DNA of 64,000 nucleotides from the NCBI GenBank assembly GCA_964013405.1, contig CAXGWI010000001.1, positions 50,402 to 114,401 of the forward strand, read 5' to 3'. The notes under the pieces were generated by a model. The model made no database searches. It was not told where the DNA came from and worked only from the letters and a program-made list of their open reading frames with translations. Of this stretch, positions 35,503 through 45,046 are shown one piece after another (the stretch's first letter is position 1; each line of letters starts with the position of its first letter). This DNA comes from an uncultured Myxococcales bacterium. GTDB lineage: Bacteria; Myxococcota; UBA4151. A program made the translations under genes and the position numbers.

Positions 35503-38136
35503 CTATGCCGTCTCCGCTGGCTCACTGATCGGCACGCGGATCCATCCCAAATAGACCATGGCCGGAATTACCAACATGTCAGCGACCACGGCCATGATCA
35601 TGGTCATGGGCAGAATCAAACCCATGTATTTAAAGGTCAGGTAGGGACTTGTTAGCCAAATCCCAAATCCACAGACGAGAATGATGCTCGTCCGAACGAT
35701 CCCCAAACCCGTCTCGCACAGGCTCAAACGCACCGCTTCGTCCAAGTCCTTTCCGGCCTGACGCTCGTGGCGGTAGCGCACGAGAAAATGGATGGTGTCG
35801 TCCACTGCGATCCCCAGGGCCACCGAGACCAGAAAGAGGGCATCGATATCCACCATCAGCCCGAACAAGCCAACCACACCGATGCCTGAAATGACGGGCA
35901 GGATATTGGGCAACATCGAAGAAAGCCCAACGCGCACACTGCGAAACACAAAGGCCATGACGAGGGTGATGACCAAGGCAGCGAAGCCAAAGCCCTTCGC
36001 GAGTTGGGAAGACAGGGTTTCGATCAAATGAGAGAAGAGGGACTCCATCCCCGTAACCCCGGTTCGAAGGCCCCCTTCGGGCCTAGGAAAGAGCTCTTGG
36101 GCCGCCGCCTCGACTTCATCGACGATCTTCACCAAATTCGCGCTGCCAACGCTGGGCAGACGCAACTGGACCCGCACGTAGCGTCTGGACTCGTCGACCA
36201 AAAGGTTGAGCCCTTCCCCGCCCTCGCCAGCAAACAAAGCCAACTGGGAAGCCAACTGGGCTCGATTGGGCAAGGTCCCCTCGCCCCCCATCGCCGAGTG
36301 CGTTCGCTCAGCGATATCCACCAGGGAGATCACATCGAGAATGGGCTTCTTGCCCTCGTAGATATCGGGGCGCTGCAGGCCCCTTAGCTTGGATTCGAGG
36401 GCCTGAAGCCGAACAAGCACGGTGTTGGGTAGGGCCCCCGCAACGGGGTCGACAATCTCTGTGGATTCAGTGGCCCCATCGGCCGAACCAAAACCATCGT
36501 CGTCATCGAATCCGGCGATCTCCTCTTCCGTCGGCGTTTCCTGCTTCGTCGCTTCAGCGGGCCGTTGCTCGCGAATAAAGGCAGAGCGCTCCAACGCACC
36601 GCCCTCCTGCCCCGTATCGATGATGATTTCCGCAGACGCGCCCCCGGTCATCCGATCCCCGAACCACTTGGCAGCGACCTGAACAGGATGGCCATCATAG
36701 AACTTTGCATCGACGTTGGTATCGATCTTCAAGAGCATCAGGCCGATGATCGCGAGCACGGTAGACAGCCCACCCATCGCCACCACAAAGACCGGCCGCT
36801 CCTTGGCCACCAACCGGCACCGTTCCAAGGCTGCAGTCATCCACTTGCTCTCGCTCGGTGCGGCCCCTGGAACATTCAGGAGACTTAGGAGCGCAGGCCC
36901 CAACACAAAGGCGATCACAAAGGAGGCAGCCACCCCAATGCTCGCGATCACTGCCAGTTCTTTTGCGGTGCCCACCGGCAGAAAACGCAGGCTCGAAAAA
37001 CCGATCAAAGTCGTCAGGGTCGTCAGAAAACAAGCCATCCCCACCTCGTGAAAGGTGCGAATAATCGCTTCTTCTTTGTCACAGCGAAGGCGTTCTATTC
37101 GATACTGACCGACCAGATGAACGATATTCGCCGTCGCAAGAACGAGAATGATCATCGGTGCCATGGACGCGACAATGGACAGACCACCGTTGATCGTGCC
37201 GCCAAATCCAGCGCCCCAAAGGCTCGCTGGAAGCGCGGTCAAGAAGACCATCAACGTCGCTCGCCACTCTTTGAGCATGAAGCTCACAAGAATAAGAATG
37301 ATCACCAGGCTGGCAGCAAAATAAGGGCCCGCATGCCTTTCCGTCTCCAGCATCAGCGCCGTCAGGCTTGCGGGCATGCCTGTCTTGTAGAGACGCTCCA
37401 CATCAAAGCCGTTCGCCGCCACCAGATCGTAGAGGTCGGGAACAGCGAACATTCGGGCCGTATCGACGAGACTCGCTCGACCTTCATCGGTGCGTAAAAG
37501 AAGACGTCCATTGGGGAGCCGCTCGGCCGTCGCCAACATGGCGCTCTTGACACCGGGTCTTTTCATATCGGCTTTGGTGTCACCCACGAGACGGACGATC
37601 ACCGCGGTGCCCTTACCATCTTCCGTCAAGAGGCCGGGCACGTACATGCCATCAGCTCGGAGCGCTGCGACCGCCTCTACCCGCTCCGCATCGCTCTGCC
37701 CCTCGGGGAAATAAGGGCGAACCTCCATGGCCCCCGCTTCGTTCGAGCCAACACGCTGCAAGCCACCGAGTGAGGTCACCTCCATCACCATCGGGTGGGC
37801 CTCAAGAGCCTTCTCGAGGCGACGCAGCTTTTCAAGGAAGGCAGCAGTGAGGACTTCATCGTCCTCAATGCCGAGCAGCATCACATTGTCGGAGCCGAAA
37901 ATTTCCCGCGTATCGTAATAGTAATTCCCCCGCTCAGAGGACTCATCAATCATATAGCGGAGGGAGTTTCGGACCTCGACTTGCAGAAAGAGTGCGCCGG
38001 CGATGGCCGTCACGACCGCGATCAGAGCGATCGAAGACAAGCGAAAGCGAAGGACCAGTCGAACCCATGTATCCAGCCACTTAGCCAAAGCGACCTCCGA
38101 AGCGAGCGCCGTGTCTCTATCCAGTGGGGGCACTTC
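35503..38136 (-). CDS. RND-superfamily MMPL/HpnN-like transporter with two SSD/MMPL repeats
   Basis: Two 6-TM bundles are each preceded by a large periplasmic domain. The track start (38352) would overlap the divergent lipoprotein gene, so the MEVPPLDRD Met (38136) is preferred. Confidence 0.75.
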   Translation of the reverse strand, partial: EVPPLDRDTALASEVALAKWLDTWVRLVLRFRLSSIALIAVVTAIAGALFLQVEVRNSLRYMIDESSERGNYYYDTREIFGSDNVMLLGIEDDEVLTAAFLEKLRRLEKALEAHPMVMEVTSLGGLQRVGSNEAGAMEVRPYFPEGQSDAERVEAVAALRADGMYVPGLLTEDGKGTAVIVRLVGDTKADMKRPGVKSAMLATAERLPNGRLLLRTDEGRASLVDTARMFAVPDLYDLVAANGFDVERLYKTGMPASLTALMLETERHAGPYFAASLVIILILVSFMLKEWRATLMVFLTALPASLWGAGFGGTINGGLSIVASMAPMIILVLATANIVHLVGQYRIERLRCDKEEAIIRTFHEVGMACFLTTLTTLIGFSSLRFLPVGTAKELAVIASIGVAASFVIAFVLGPALLSLLNVPGAAPSESKWMTAALERCRLVAKERPVFVVAMGGLSTVLAIIGLMLLKIDTNVDAKFYDGHPVQVAAKWFGDRMTGGASAEIIIDTGQEGGALERSAFIREQRPAEATKQETPTEEEIAGFDDDDGFGSADGATESTEIVDPVAGALPNTVLVRLQALESKLRGLQRPDIYEGKKPILDVISLVDIAERTHSAMGGEGTLPNRAQLASQLALFAGEGGEGLNLLVDESRRYVRVQLRLPSVGSANLVKIVDEVEAAAQELFPRPEGGLRTGVTGMESLFSHLIETLSSQLAKGFGFAALVITLVMAFVFRSVRVGLSSMLPNILPVISGIGVVGLFGLMVDIDALFLVSVALGIAVDDTIHFLVRYRHERQAGKDLDEAVRLSLCETGLGIVRTSIILVCGFGIWLTSPYLTFKYMGLILPMTMIMAVVADMLVIPAMVYLGWIRVPISEPAETA

Positions 38137-38221
38137 CATCAAGCCGGTGGCGCCCCTCGACCCCAATACAAGCCGAGTGCGGCCCCATGACCACCGCAAC
38201 CAATTTAGGGTATGATGGGCC
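38137..38221. promoter_or_regulatory. short divergent promoter region between the MMPL transporter and the Cys-rich lipoprotein
   Basis: An 85-bp gap between divergent starts. It applies only if the MMPL start is at 38136. Confidence 0.25.
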
Positions 38222-39745
38222 ATGCTCCGTCCACTTCTGCTCCTCCTGACGGCGATCGCCTGTTCTGCGCCCCAACCGACCGCACCACCGATTCTTTTGA
38301 CGGAGGCGGGGCCCGTGCTGGCTACAGATGGGGGGCCGGGCCCAATAGCCAAGCGGCCCGATGTCTATCGCCCGCTGGATATCGGTGCCTCCAGCCGGGC
38401 GGACACCCCCAACCTTCCCCGGGCTCAACATGATGCGGGTTACCAACTCGTGGAACTGCCTGACCCCGCCTCTACCGACCCCTGTGGCCACGTTTGTCGT
38501 GGTCGTCCTTGTGCGCGGACCTGTCGAGAGAGCTGCCGCCTTGAGCTTCCCCGCGTCGTGGTGGCGCAACGAGAGCGTTTTATCGACTGTGTCGCCCAGA
38601 ACAGTTGCTCCATCGATGACTGTGTCCCCGAAGCAGTCCCGGTCGATCCGGCCTGTGAGACCCTCTGCGCCAATCGACACCTCGAGGCCTGTGGGCTGCC
38701 AGAGTTGGCCGCAGCAGGGCACCGCTGCCCCCAGAACTGCACCAGCTACATGGCCTCGATGTACCCAGCAGCCCGTCAAGCCTTCCTTCAATGCGGTATC
38801 GAGCAGTGCGTCTCCAGCGAGGCGCCCTGCGCTGGGACTGGCTATTGCGAACGGGGAGAGCGCTGCGGTGAAGGACGATGTGTTCCCGAAAAGCAATGCC
38901 CGATCATCGACTTCGTGGGCCCAGAACCAAGCGCAGAATGTCTCGACGTGGCTCGGTACCGGCAACGCTGTCACGACCCGCGTACCGAATCTCTTTATCG
39001 AGATGCTTGGGACTGTGAATCCTGGCGACCGAATCGGGACAATCTGGATTGGGCCGGGGGCAACCTCTATATCTCGTGCTTGGCCCAGACCGAGGCCTGT
39101 GATGGCTTTGGGCCCTACTGGCAATGCCTCGGCGAAGCCATGGTGGCCCAGGGGCGGCGGCGCCTGGTGGACGAGGTTTGCACCCACATTCAGGGTTGCG
39201 ATTCGGGCAAGGGCTGGACCTGCAACTATGTGATGGCCGGTGCCAGCCGTTGGGCGGGGGAGCGGGTCGTATGGAAGCTGGATCGCTGCAGCGCCGCGGC
39301 GGGTCGGGACTGCCAGGCCCTCGAGGCTTGCGTTGACGGTCTATGGGCTGTGGAAGGTCCCGGTGATGCCTGTGCAACTGGCTGCGGCCGCTGCGGTCAG
39401 GTCAATGACACCTGCATTAATCTTTGTCTCTACCATCGCAACTCGATGACGCGGCAGCAGGCCCGTCGTTATGAACACTGCCTCCGGGCCAGTCCCCGCT
39501 GTGAGCACAACGTGGCCGAGACCTGTATCCGGGAAGTGCTGGGCGCCGAAATGGCGGTCTGTGACCAACTCATGGAAAGCATCGGCGAGTGCGCAGAATG
39601 GGAGACCTATACCCAGAACATCCCGTGGCCGGGTTGGTGCGCCATCGGCGGCGTCCGAACTGGCCTCCTTGATCGGGAGGGCCTTGAGGCCTGTGTCGAC
39701 ATGACCAATTGCCGCGTGAACCCCTGGCAAGCTTGTGCTCGTTGA
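38222..39745 (+). CDS. secreted cysteine-rich lipoprotein (about 50 Cys)
   Basis: The lipobox signal is MLRPLLLLLTAIAC. Cys-rich modules recur (CxxxC/CxC). No enzymatic motif is present. Confidence 0.6.
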   Translation: MLRPLLLLLTAIACSAPQPTAPPILLTEAGPVLATDGGPGPIAKRPDVYRPLDIGASSRADTPNLPRAQHDAGYQLVELPDPASTDPCGHVCRGRPCARTCRESCRLELPRVVVAQRERFIDCVAQNSCSIDDCVPEAVPVDPACETLCANRHLEACGLPELAAAGHRCPQNCTSYMASMYPAARQAFLQCGIEQCVSSEAPCAGTGYCERGERCGEGRCVPEKQCPIIDFVGPEPSAECLDVARYRQRCHDPRTESLYRDAWDCESWRPNRDNLDWAGGNLYISCLAQTEACDGFGPYWQCLGEAMVAQGRRRLVDEVCTHIQGCDSGKGWTCNYVMAGASRWAGERVVWKLDRCSAAAGRDCQALEACVDGLWAVEGPGDACATGCGRCGQVNDTCINLCLYHRNSMTRQQARRYEHCLRASPRCEHNVAETCIREVLGAEMAVCDQLMESIGECAEWETYTQNIPWPGWCAIGGVRTGLLDREGLEACVDMTNCRVNPWQACAR

Positions 39746-39751
39746 GCAGCC

Positions 39752-40375
39752 TTACTCAAGGTAACGGGCCACTCGCCTCAACATGAACTGGCGATCGAAG
39801 AGATCATCGAGATAGTGGAGTTTTGTGGTGTCGATGCGATGGACTGGGCACAGGTCCCAGGCCCCCACCCAAGCCTCGTAACGTTCGTTGAGACGCCGTA
39901 GGTAATGATAAGAGATGCTCTGTTCTTCGGGGCGTCCCCGCTGCCGAATTCGACGCCGGATCTCTTTAACCGGCGTGTGAAGGTAGAACAGCACATCGGG
40001 GGGGCGAATGGCTTCGGTCACGCCCCGGTAGAAGGCGGTGTAGAGCTCCCATTCTCGGGCTGTCATCTTCCGCCCGCGAAACAACCCGTAGGCGAAGATC
40101 TCTGCATCCTCCCAAACGCTGCGATCCTGAATACATGCTTTTGCTTTACGATCGAGGGCGAGGTGCATGCGAAACTTTTGCGCCAGGAACCACATCTGAC
40201 TGGGAAAGGCATAGCGTTTCATATCGCCATAAAAGTCGGCGAGGAACGGGTTCGATTCGTTCGGTTCGTAGACGGGCTCCACCCCGTAATGCTCACAAAG
40301 AACCTGAACCAACGTCGACTTGCCGCAGCCGATGTTGCCCGCCACCACGATGTAGGGTGCCTTTTTCCGCGCCAT
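39752..40375 (-). CDS. deoxynucleoside kinase (dAK/dGK family)
   Basis: The P-loop is VVAGNIGCGKST. DRS/ERY-type motifs are present. The start is at MARKKAPYIVV. Confidence 0.85.
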   Translation of the reverse strand: MARKKAPYIVVAGNIGCGKSTLVQVLCEHYGVEPVYEPNESNPFLADFYGDMKRYAFPSQMWFLAQKFRMHLALDRKAKACIQDRSVWEDAEIFAYGLFRGRKMTAREWELYTAFYRGVTEAIRPPDVLFYLHTPVKEIRRRIRQRGRPEEQSISYHYLRRLNERYEAWVGAWDLCPVHRIDTTKLHYLDDLFDRQFMLRRVARYLE

Positions 40376-40385
40376 ATTTGTGGGG

Positions 40386-41336
40386 CTATACGGTCCGAGA
40401 CAGAGCCACAAGACAGGCCCCGGCGACGACCAGAAGAATCCAGGGCATACGCCGGAATGCCTGGGGTTCGTGAAAGATAATGGCCCCGGCGAGGACGGTC
40501 ACTACAACACCGGCTCTCTTCAATGCTTCTGCAACACCCACGTCCAGGTGAACCAGCGACTCCATCTGGGTGCCCAACGCGGCAGCCGCGGCCGGGGCCA
40601 GGCTGGCCAATAACCAGGGGCTCCGGCGGAGGATGCCCCCGAGGGCCTGAGGCTTGCGAATTAGGCGCTCCACGAGGAGCGGGAGGCCGATCAGCGCCGT
40701 CGACCAGATCAGGTAGGCTTCGAGCCCATATTCACCACCGGTGATGACTTGCTTATCGATCGCCGGAATCCAGCCCCAGAGGAGCACCACCCCGAACATG
40801 CTCGGCACCCCGCGCTGCAAGACGAGGGCACGAACTGTGAACAGGGCCATCCCCACCCACCGGAAACCGGGCACTGTCGACGGACGCCGCAGCCCCCCGT
40901 GGCCAGCGCTCCCTTTGCGAAACAGTAGCAGAAAGGTACCCACTGCAATCAAGGTCGCCCCGACCCAAAAACCCAGACTCAGTTCTTCGCCAAAAAGGAA
41001 GAAGCCCCCCACAGCCCCGACCACTGGGGTCAGGGAGAGTAAAGGGATCACCTTCGACAACTCCCCCACCGTGAGGCTGTGCAGAAAAAGAAAGTTGGCA
41101 ACGATGTTGAGGACTACGATCCAGAACATTAAACTGTAGAGCGAAGGTGGCGGCGGACCGATCGGCGCACCACGGAGCAGCGCGTACATAAGGGCCCCAG
41201 CGCTGGCGAGAAGCGGGACGACCGCAGCCAACGTCAGCGGGTCTGGGTGGCGAGCTGTGAGGGCTTTCCTCTGCAGATCCAACAGGGCCCAGGACAGGGC
41301 ACAGAGGATCCCGACGGTTAATCCCCAGTCCATCAC
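40386..41336 (-). CDS. EamA/DMT-family transporter
   Basis: Ten TM helices, consistent with two EamA repeats. Confidence 0.7.
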   Translation of the reverse strand: MMDWGLTVGILCALSWALLDLQRKALTARHPDPLTLAAVVPLLASAGALMYALLRGAPIGPPPPSLYSLMFWIVVLNIVANFLFLHSLTVGELSKVIPLLSLTPVVGAVGGFFLFGEELSLGFWVGATLIAVGTFLLLFRKGSAGHGGLRRPSTVPGFRWVGMALFTVRALVLQRGVPSMFGVVLLWGWIPAIDKQVITGGEYGLEAYLIWSTALIGLPLLVERLIRKPQALGGILRRSPWLLASLAPAAAAALGTQMESLVHLDVGVAEALKRAGVVVTVLAGAIIFHEPQAFRRMPWILLVVAGACLVALSRTV

Positions 41337-41866
41337 AATCTCAAATGCCAGATCCCCACATCCCGTGGGTGCTCATGCTCACCAGGAAACAAAACGGCTT
41401 CGGGGAAGTGTCCGGAAAGACTAAATCCAAGGCGAGAGAAAAGCCCGTTACTTCCCGAGTTGTCTGCGAAGACAAGGGCCAGGATGACCCGATTCCCTAG
41501 GCCTCGCCCTAACTCGACCATCGCCTCCCCAATGGCCCGACCAATGCCCCGCCCTCGCTGACACTGGCGCACATACAGGGTCATTTCGACGCAGCCATCG
41601 TAGCCCGCTTTCGAACGAAAACTGGATAAACCACAGTAGGCCTGAACCTGGCCCGCCTCCTCCCAGACGATCAAGGGGTGGCCCGCCTCCCACTGATAGC
41701 GATCAAACCAAGAGCGCCGGTCATCGACATCTCGAGGATAGGGATCTGCGGTCGCCGATCGTTCATGGACCGCCTGATTGTAGATCTCCGTCATCGCAGG
41801 CAAGTCCGCGAGCTTCGCCGGCCGCAGCACGCGCCCGGCCTCCTCGACTCGATAAGAACCCATCAA
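41333..41866 (-). CDS. GNAT-family N-acetyltransferase (PAT/BAR-like)
   Basis: The AcCoA-binding motif is QCQRGRGIGRAIG. The protein is 177 aa. Confidence 0.8.
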   Translation of the reverse strand: MMGSYRVEEAGRVLRPAKLADLPAMTEIYNQAVHERSATADPYPRDVDDRRSWFDRYQWEAGHPLIVWEEAGQVQAYCGLSSFRSKAGYDGCVEMTLYVRQCQRGRGIGRAIGEAMVELGRGLGNRVILALVFADNSGSNGLFSRLGFSLSGHFPEAVLFPGEHEHPRDVGIWHLRL

Positions 41867-42921
41867 CCCAGACGGGCCAGAATCTGGTCGCCCACTTGGA
41901 CACAGTTGAGATTGCCCCCCAAATCAGGGGTTACCTCACCGCTGGCCAGTTGATCGATGACGGCCTGCTCCACAGTTCGAGCGGCACCACTCATGCCCAA
42001 ATGGTCGAGGAGGATCGCTCCGCTCATGATCGCCGCCATCGGATTCGCTCGGCCCGTGCCCACGAGATCGGGGGCCGAGCCATGCACGGGCTCAAACAAT
42101 GAGCAGCGACCAGGATGGATATTGCCACTGGCAGCCGTTCCCAAGCCCCCCTGGAGACTCGCACCCAGGTCACTGAGAATGTCGCCAAACAGGTTTTCGG
42201 TCACGATGACGTCGAATCGCTCCGGACAGCGCACCAACTCCATCGCCGCCACATCCACGTAGAGATGAAAGCTTTCGATCTTGGGATACTCACTTGCCAC
42301 CTCCCGAAAGGTCCGTTGCCACAGTTCATGACCTTGCCGCATCGCATTGGCCTTATCGGTCATACAGACGCTCTTGCGACCATCCCGCTGGGCGAACTCG
42401 AATGCGGAACGGATAATCCGCTCCACACCGCGACGGGTATAGACAAAGGTCTGTTGGGCCACCTCGTGGATGGTCCCAGGCCGCACAGCCCCACCAACGC
42501 CAACATAACCCCCCTCGGTATTCTCTCGAAAGATCACGAAGTCGACATCATCGACACCCTTGTCTTTCAAGGGACAAAGGCGAGGGTCGAGAAGCTTGAT
42601 GGGGCGAAGGTTGATGTAGAGGTCCAGTTGGAAGCGGGCCCCCAGCAAAAGCTCACGCCCGTGGGCCATGTCAGGGACACGGGGGTCACCGACCGCACCA
42701 AAGAGAATCGCCGCGTAGTGCTCCCGGAAGTCATCAAAGCGACCCGGTTCAATCCCAACACCATGCTCTAGATAATAGTCAGCGCCGTAAGGGCACTCCT
42801 CCCACTCCAAGCTACGTTGGGCGATTTGGGCGGCCCGGTCGACGATGCGGCGAGCCTGTTCGGTCACCTCTGGGCCGATCCCGTCTCCACCAATCACAGC
42901 GATGCGTTCGGCCACATCCAC
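41863..42921 (-). CDS. isocitrate/isopropylmalate dehydrogenase-family enzyme (tartrate/D-malate dehydrogenase-like)
   Basis: IAVIGGDGIGPEV…, NLFGDILSDL and GSAPDL are present. Confidence 0.85.
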   Translation of the reverse strand: MDVAERIAVIGGDGIGPEVTEQARRIVDRAAQIAQRSLEWEECPYGADYYLEHGVGIEPGRFDDFREHYAAILFGAVGDPRVPDMAHGRELLLGARFQLDLYINLRPIKLLDPRLCPLKDKGVDDVDFVIFRENTEGGYVGVGGAVRPGTIHEVAQQTFVYTRRGVERIIRSAFEFAQRDGRKSVCMTDKANAMRQGHELWQRTFREVASEYPKIESFHLYVDVAAMELVRCPERFDVIVTENLFGDILSDLGASLQGGLGTAASGNIHPGRCSLFEPVHGSAPDLVGTGRANPMAAIMSGAILLDHLGMSGAARTVEQAVIDQLASGEVTPDLGGNLNCVQVGDQILARLG

Positions 42922-43005
42922 CTCCTCAAGGGCTGCACCTTGTGCTCTCCACTCGGCCGGGTCAAGCGCCTCAAACGGGTCTTCGCCTGCAAATATCGCA
43001 GTGAC

Positions 43006-43191
43006 TCAGTAATGGGGCGGCTTCTCGTCGGCCGGGCCCGCGTCAACGGTGTTGTCGCCTAAAGCCTCCAAGCGCCGAAAGACCTCATCGATTCGATGGA
43101 CTTGGCCATTCAACTCCCCCGAGAGTTCGTCCAGAAAACGCTCGATGTATGCCAAACGCTCTTCCAACTGTGTGATCCGTTCCTCACTCAT
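43006..43191 (-). CDS. slyX: SlyX-family coiled-coil protein
   Basis: MSEERITQLEERLAYIERFLDELS…; the protein is 61 aa. Confidence 0.65.
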   Translation of the reverse strand: MSEERITQLEERLAYIERFLDELSGELNGQVHRIDEVFRRLEALGDNTVDAGPADEKPPHY

Positions 43192-44972
43192 GGCTTCACC
43201 TTCGCAATCTCCAGGCTGTCATCAATTCCTTTCACCTTCACCTGCGCCAAGCGCACTTCCAGCCCAAGTTCATCGATCAGCGCGAGCACATCGGGGTCTC
43301 GGTAGGTTTGGTCGCTCAGGACGATCTCCCCTGGCTCGGCCTGCCCCTCCATACGAGCGGCCCGATTCACCGTCCGTCCGAAGTAGTCCAGGTTCTCGTT
43401 AAATGTCACCGCAAGGCAAGGCCCTTGGTGGATGCCAAGCCGTAGTCCAAGTGAACTCCTCTCGGTCATCAATTCTTGCATCCGAAGGGCCGAACGCAAG
43501 GCCTGATCCGGCGTTTCAAAGACCGCCATGATGGCATCGCCAATCGTCTTCACAAGGGTCCCGTCGAACTCATTAAGCCCCTGTTTCAGAAGGGAAAAGT
43601 GCTCTCGAACCACAGTAAATGCCCCTGCATCCCCCTCCTCCTGATACAATCGAGTGCTGCCCACCAGGTCACTAAAGAGCAGGGTCACGCTGCCCACATC
43701 CACCTGGGTGCCCGAAGCCAAGAGTTGACCGGAGATCAAATCCCGAAAGGACTGGCGCCGAATGAGCGCGGCCGCCGTGAGAATGTCATCGCCGACCTCC
43801 TCCCGTTGCAGAAGAATTCGAACGGCCCGATCCCTGTGGTTGGTAACAGCCAGGCTCCCGTCACCGGCTGACGAGAATCCGGTCTCGCTCAGATCAAAGC
43901 GCTCATCGCCGTGAAGTTCTACCGCGTGATTACCGTCCATGCAGCGAAGCAAGACCCGCCCCTCAAGCGCGAAGGAATCGACCGGTGGCAGCTCGAAGCA
44001 CTCCCCGGGACCGACCTGTTCGGCGAGGATCTGATGGGGTGTTCGCCCTGGCCCCCCCATGCATGCCATTCCAGTAACGATAGGCCGAAGGGACCGGGCC
44101 GGTCGAAAGGTGACCTGAACGCTTTCGGCAAACCGGGCACCAAAGCGAATATTGCAGCTGGGACAATGACTCTCCATGCGCAGGCGGTGAAGTTGTTCCT
44201 CTTCAGCCTTTGGCCCCCGACAACTCGGACAGATCAGACTCCAACGGAGTTCGAGGCTTCCCCCTTGCGTTGCCCGCAAGAAAACCCGCAGCAGGTCCTC
44301 CTGGTCCACAGCCCAGCGCCGGGCAAGAAAGAACGGCTCCAAATGGGCTAACTCGCCGTCGACGGCTCGGCGCAGGTGATCGATGAATGGCTGCACGACG
44401 GGCTCGGGCTCGCCGGCTTGGAGTAGTTCTGCCCTCAATTTGTCGAGACGGGCTTCATGAACCCCAGACTCCGGGGGATGGTCCACCTGCCCATGGGCAT
44501 CGAGCAATTGCTCTAAATCCTCATAGAATCGTTGCAAGCGCTTGAAGATGGTCCATCGAAACAGGAGTGGCGCGATGAGGCGAAACAAAAAGTTGTTCGC
44601 TGCAAGCCCCATTTGAAACCGCAGTCGCACCCCGTTCTCTGTGGGTTCCAGTTCGGTGAGTTGGGCTTGCTGCTTCAAGGGCCCTCTCCCCTCTAAGCGA
44701 ACGTTGCCAAACCACTGATGGAGGGCCCAAGCATAGGGTTCATCCAGAAAGCGCTGCCGACCACCAAAGAGGGAAATGTGCCGAACACTTACCCCCTCGG
44801 TGAGGCTCTGTTCTTCGAAGTGAGAGCCGCCAGCGCCGAGGGCTCGCCCCACTTTGTCGGTCTCCGTGACGGCCGCCCAGACCTGTTGGGCTGATAGAGA
44901 GTAGGACTGGGTGATCTCGAAACGAATCGGCGAAGCATCGATCAGTGCTTGAATCCGCGCTTTCGATGCCAT
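43188..44972 (-). CDS. class III adenylate/guanylate cyclase with a large N-terminal domain
   Basis: The cyclase core is LLFSDLVGST…KTIGDAIMAVF…GIHQGP…FGRTVNRAARM. The start is taken at MASKARIQ. Confidence 0.8.
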   Translation of the reverse strand: MASKARIQALIDASPIRFEITQSYSLSAQQVWAAVTETDKVGRALGAGGSHFEEQSLTEGVSVRHISLFGGRQRFLDEPYAWALHQWFGNVRLEGRGPLKQQAQLTELEPTENGVRLRFQMGLAANNFLFRLIAPLLFRWTIFKRLQRFYEDLEQLLDAHGQVDHPPESGVHEARLDKLRAELLQAGEPEPVVQPFIDHLRRAVDGELAHLEPFFLARRWAVDQEDLLRVFLRATQGGSLELRWSLICPSCRGPKAEEEQLHRLRMESHCPSCNIRFGARFAESVQVTFRPARSLRPIVTGMACMGGPGRTPHQILAEQVGPGECFELPPVDSFALEGRVLLRCMDGNHAVELHGDERFDLSETGFSSAGDGSLAVTNHRDRAVRILLQREEVGDDILTAAALIRRQSFRDLISGQLLASGTQVDVGSVTLLFSDLVGSTRLYQEEGDAGAFTVVREHFSLLKQGLNEFDGTLVKTIGDAIMAVFETPDQALRSALRMQELMTERSSLGLRLGIHQGPCLAVTFNENLDYFGRTVNRAARMEGQAEPGEIVLSDQTYRDPDVLALIDELGLEVRLAQVKVKGIDDSLEIAKVKP

Positions 44973-45046
44973 CTTGCGCTCCTCTCCCGCGTGCCCGCGA
45001 GGTATTTTGCGCCGGTCACGCCACCGTGAGAAGACTCCTAGCACGG

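Noticed and set aside
38361-39233. 290-aa plus-strand ORF in an alternative frame of the Cys-rich lipoprotein gene
   Set aside because: A same-strand frameshifted overlap. The lipoprotein frame has signal peptide, lipobox and consistent Cys modules.
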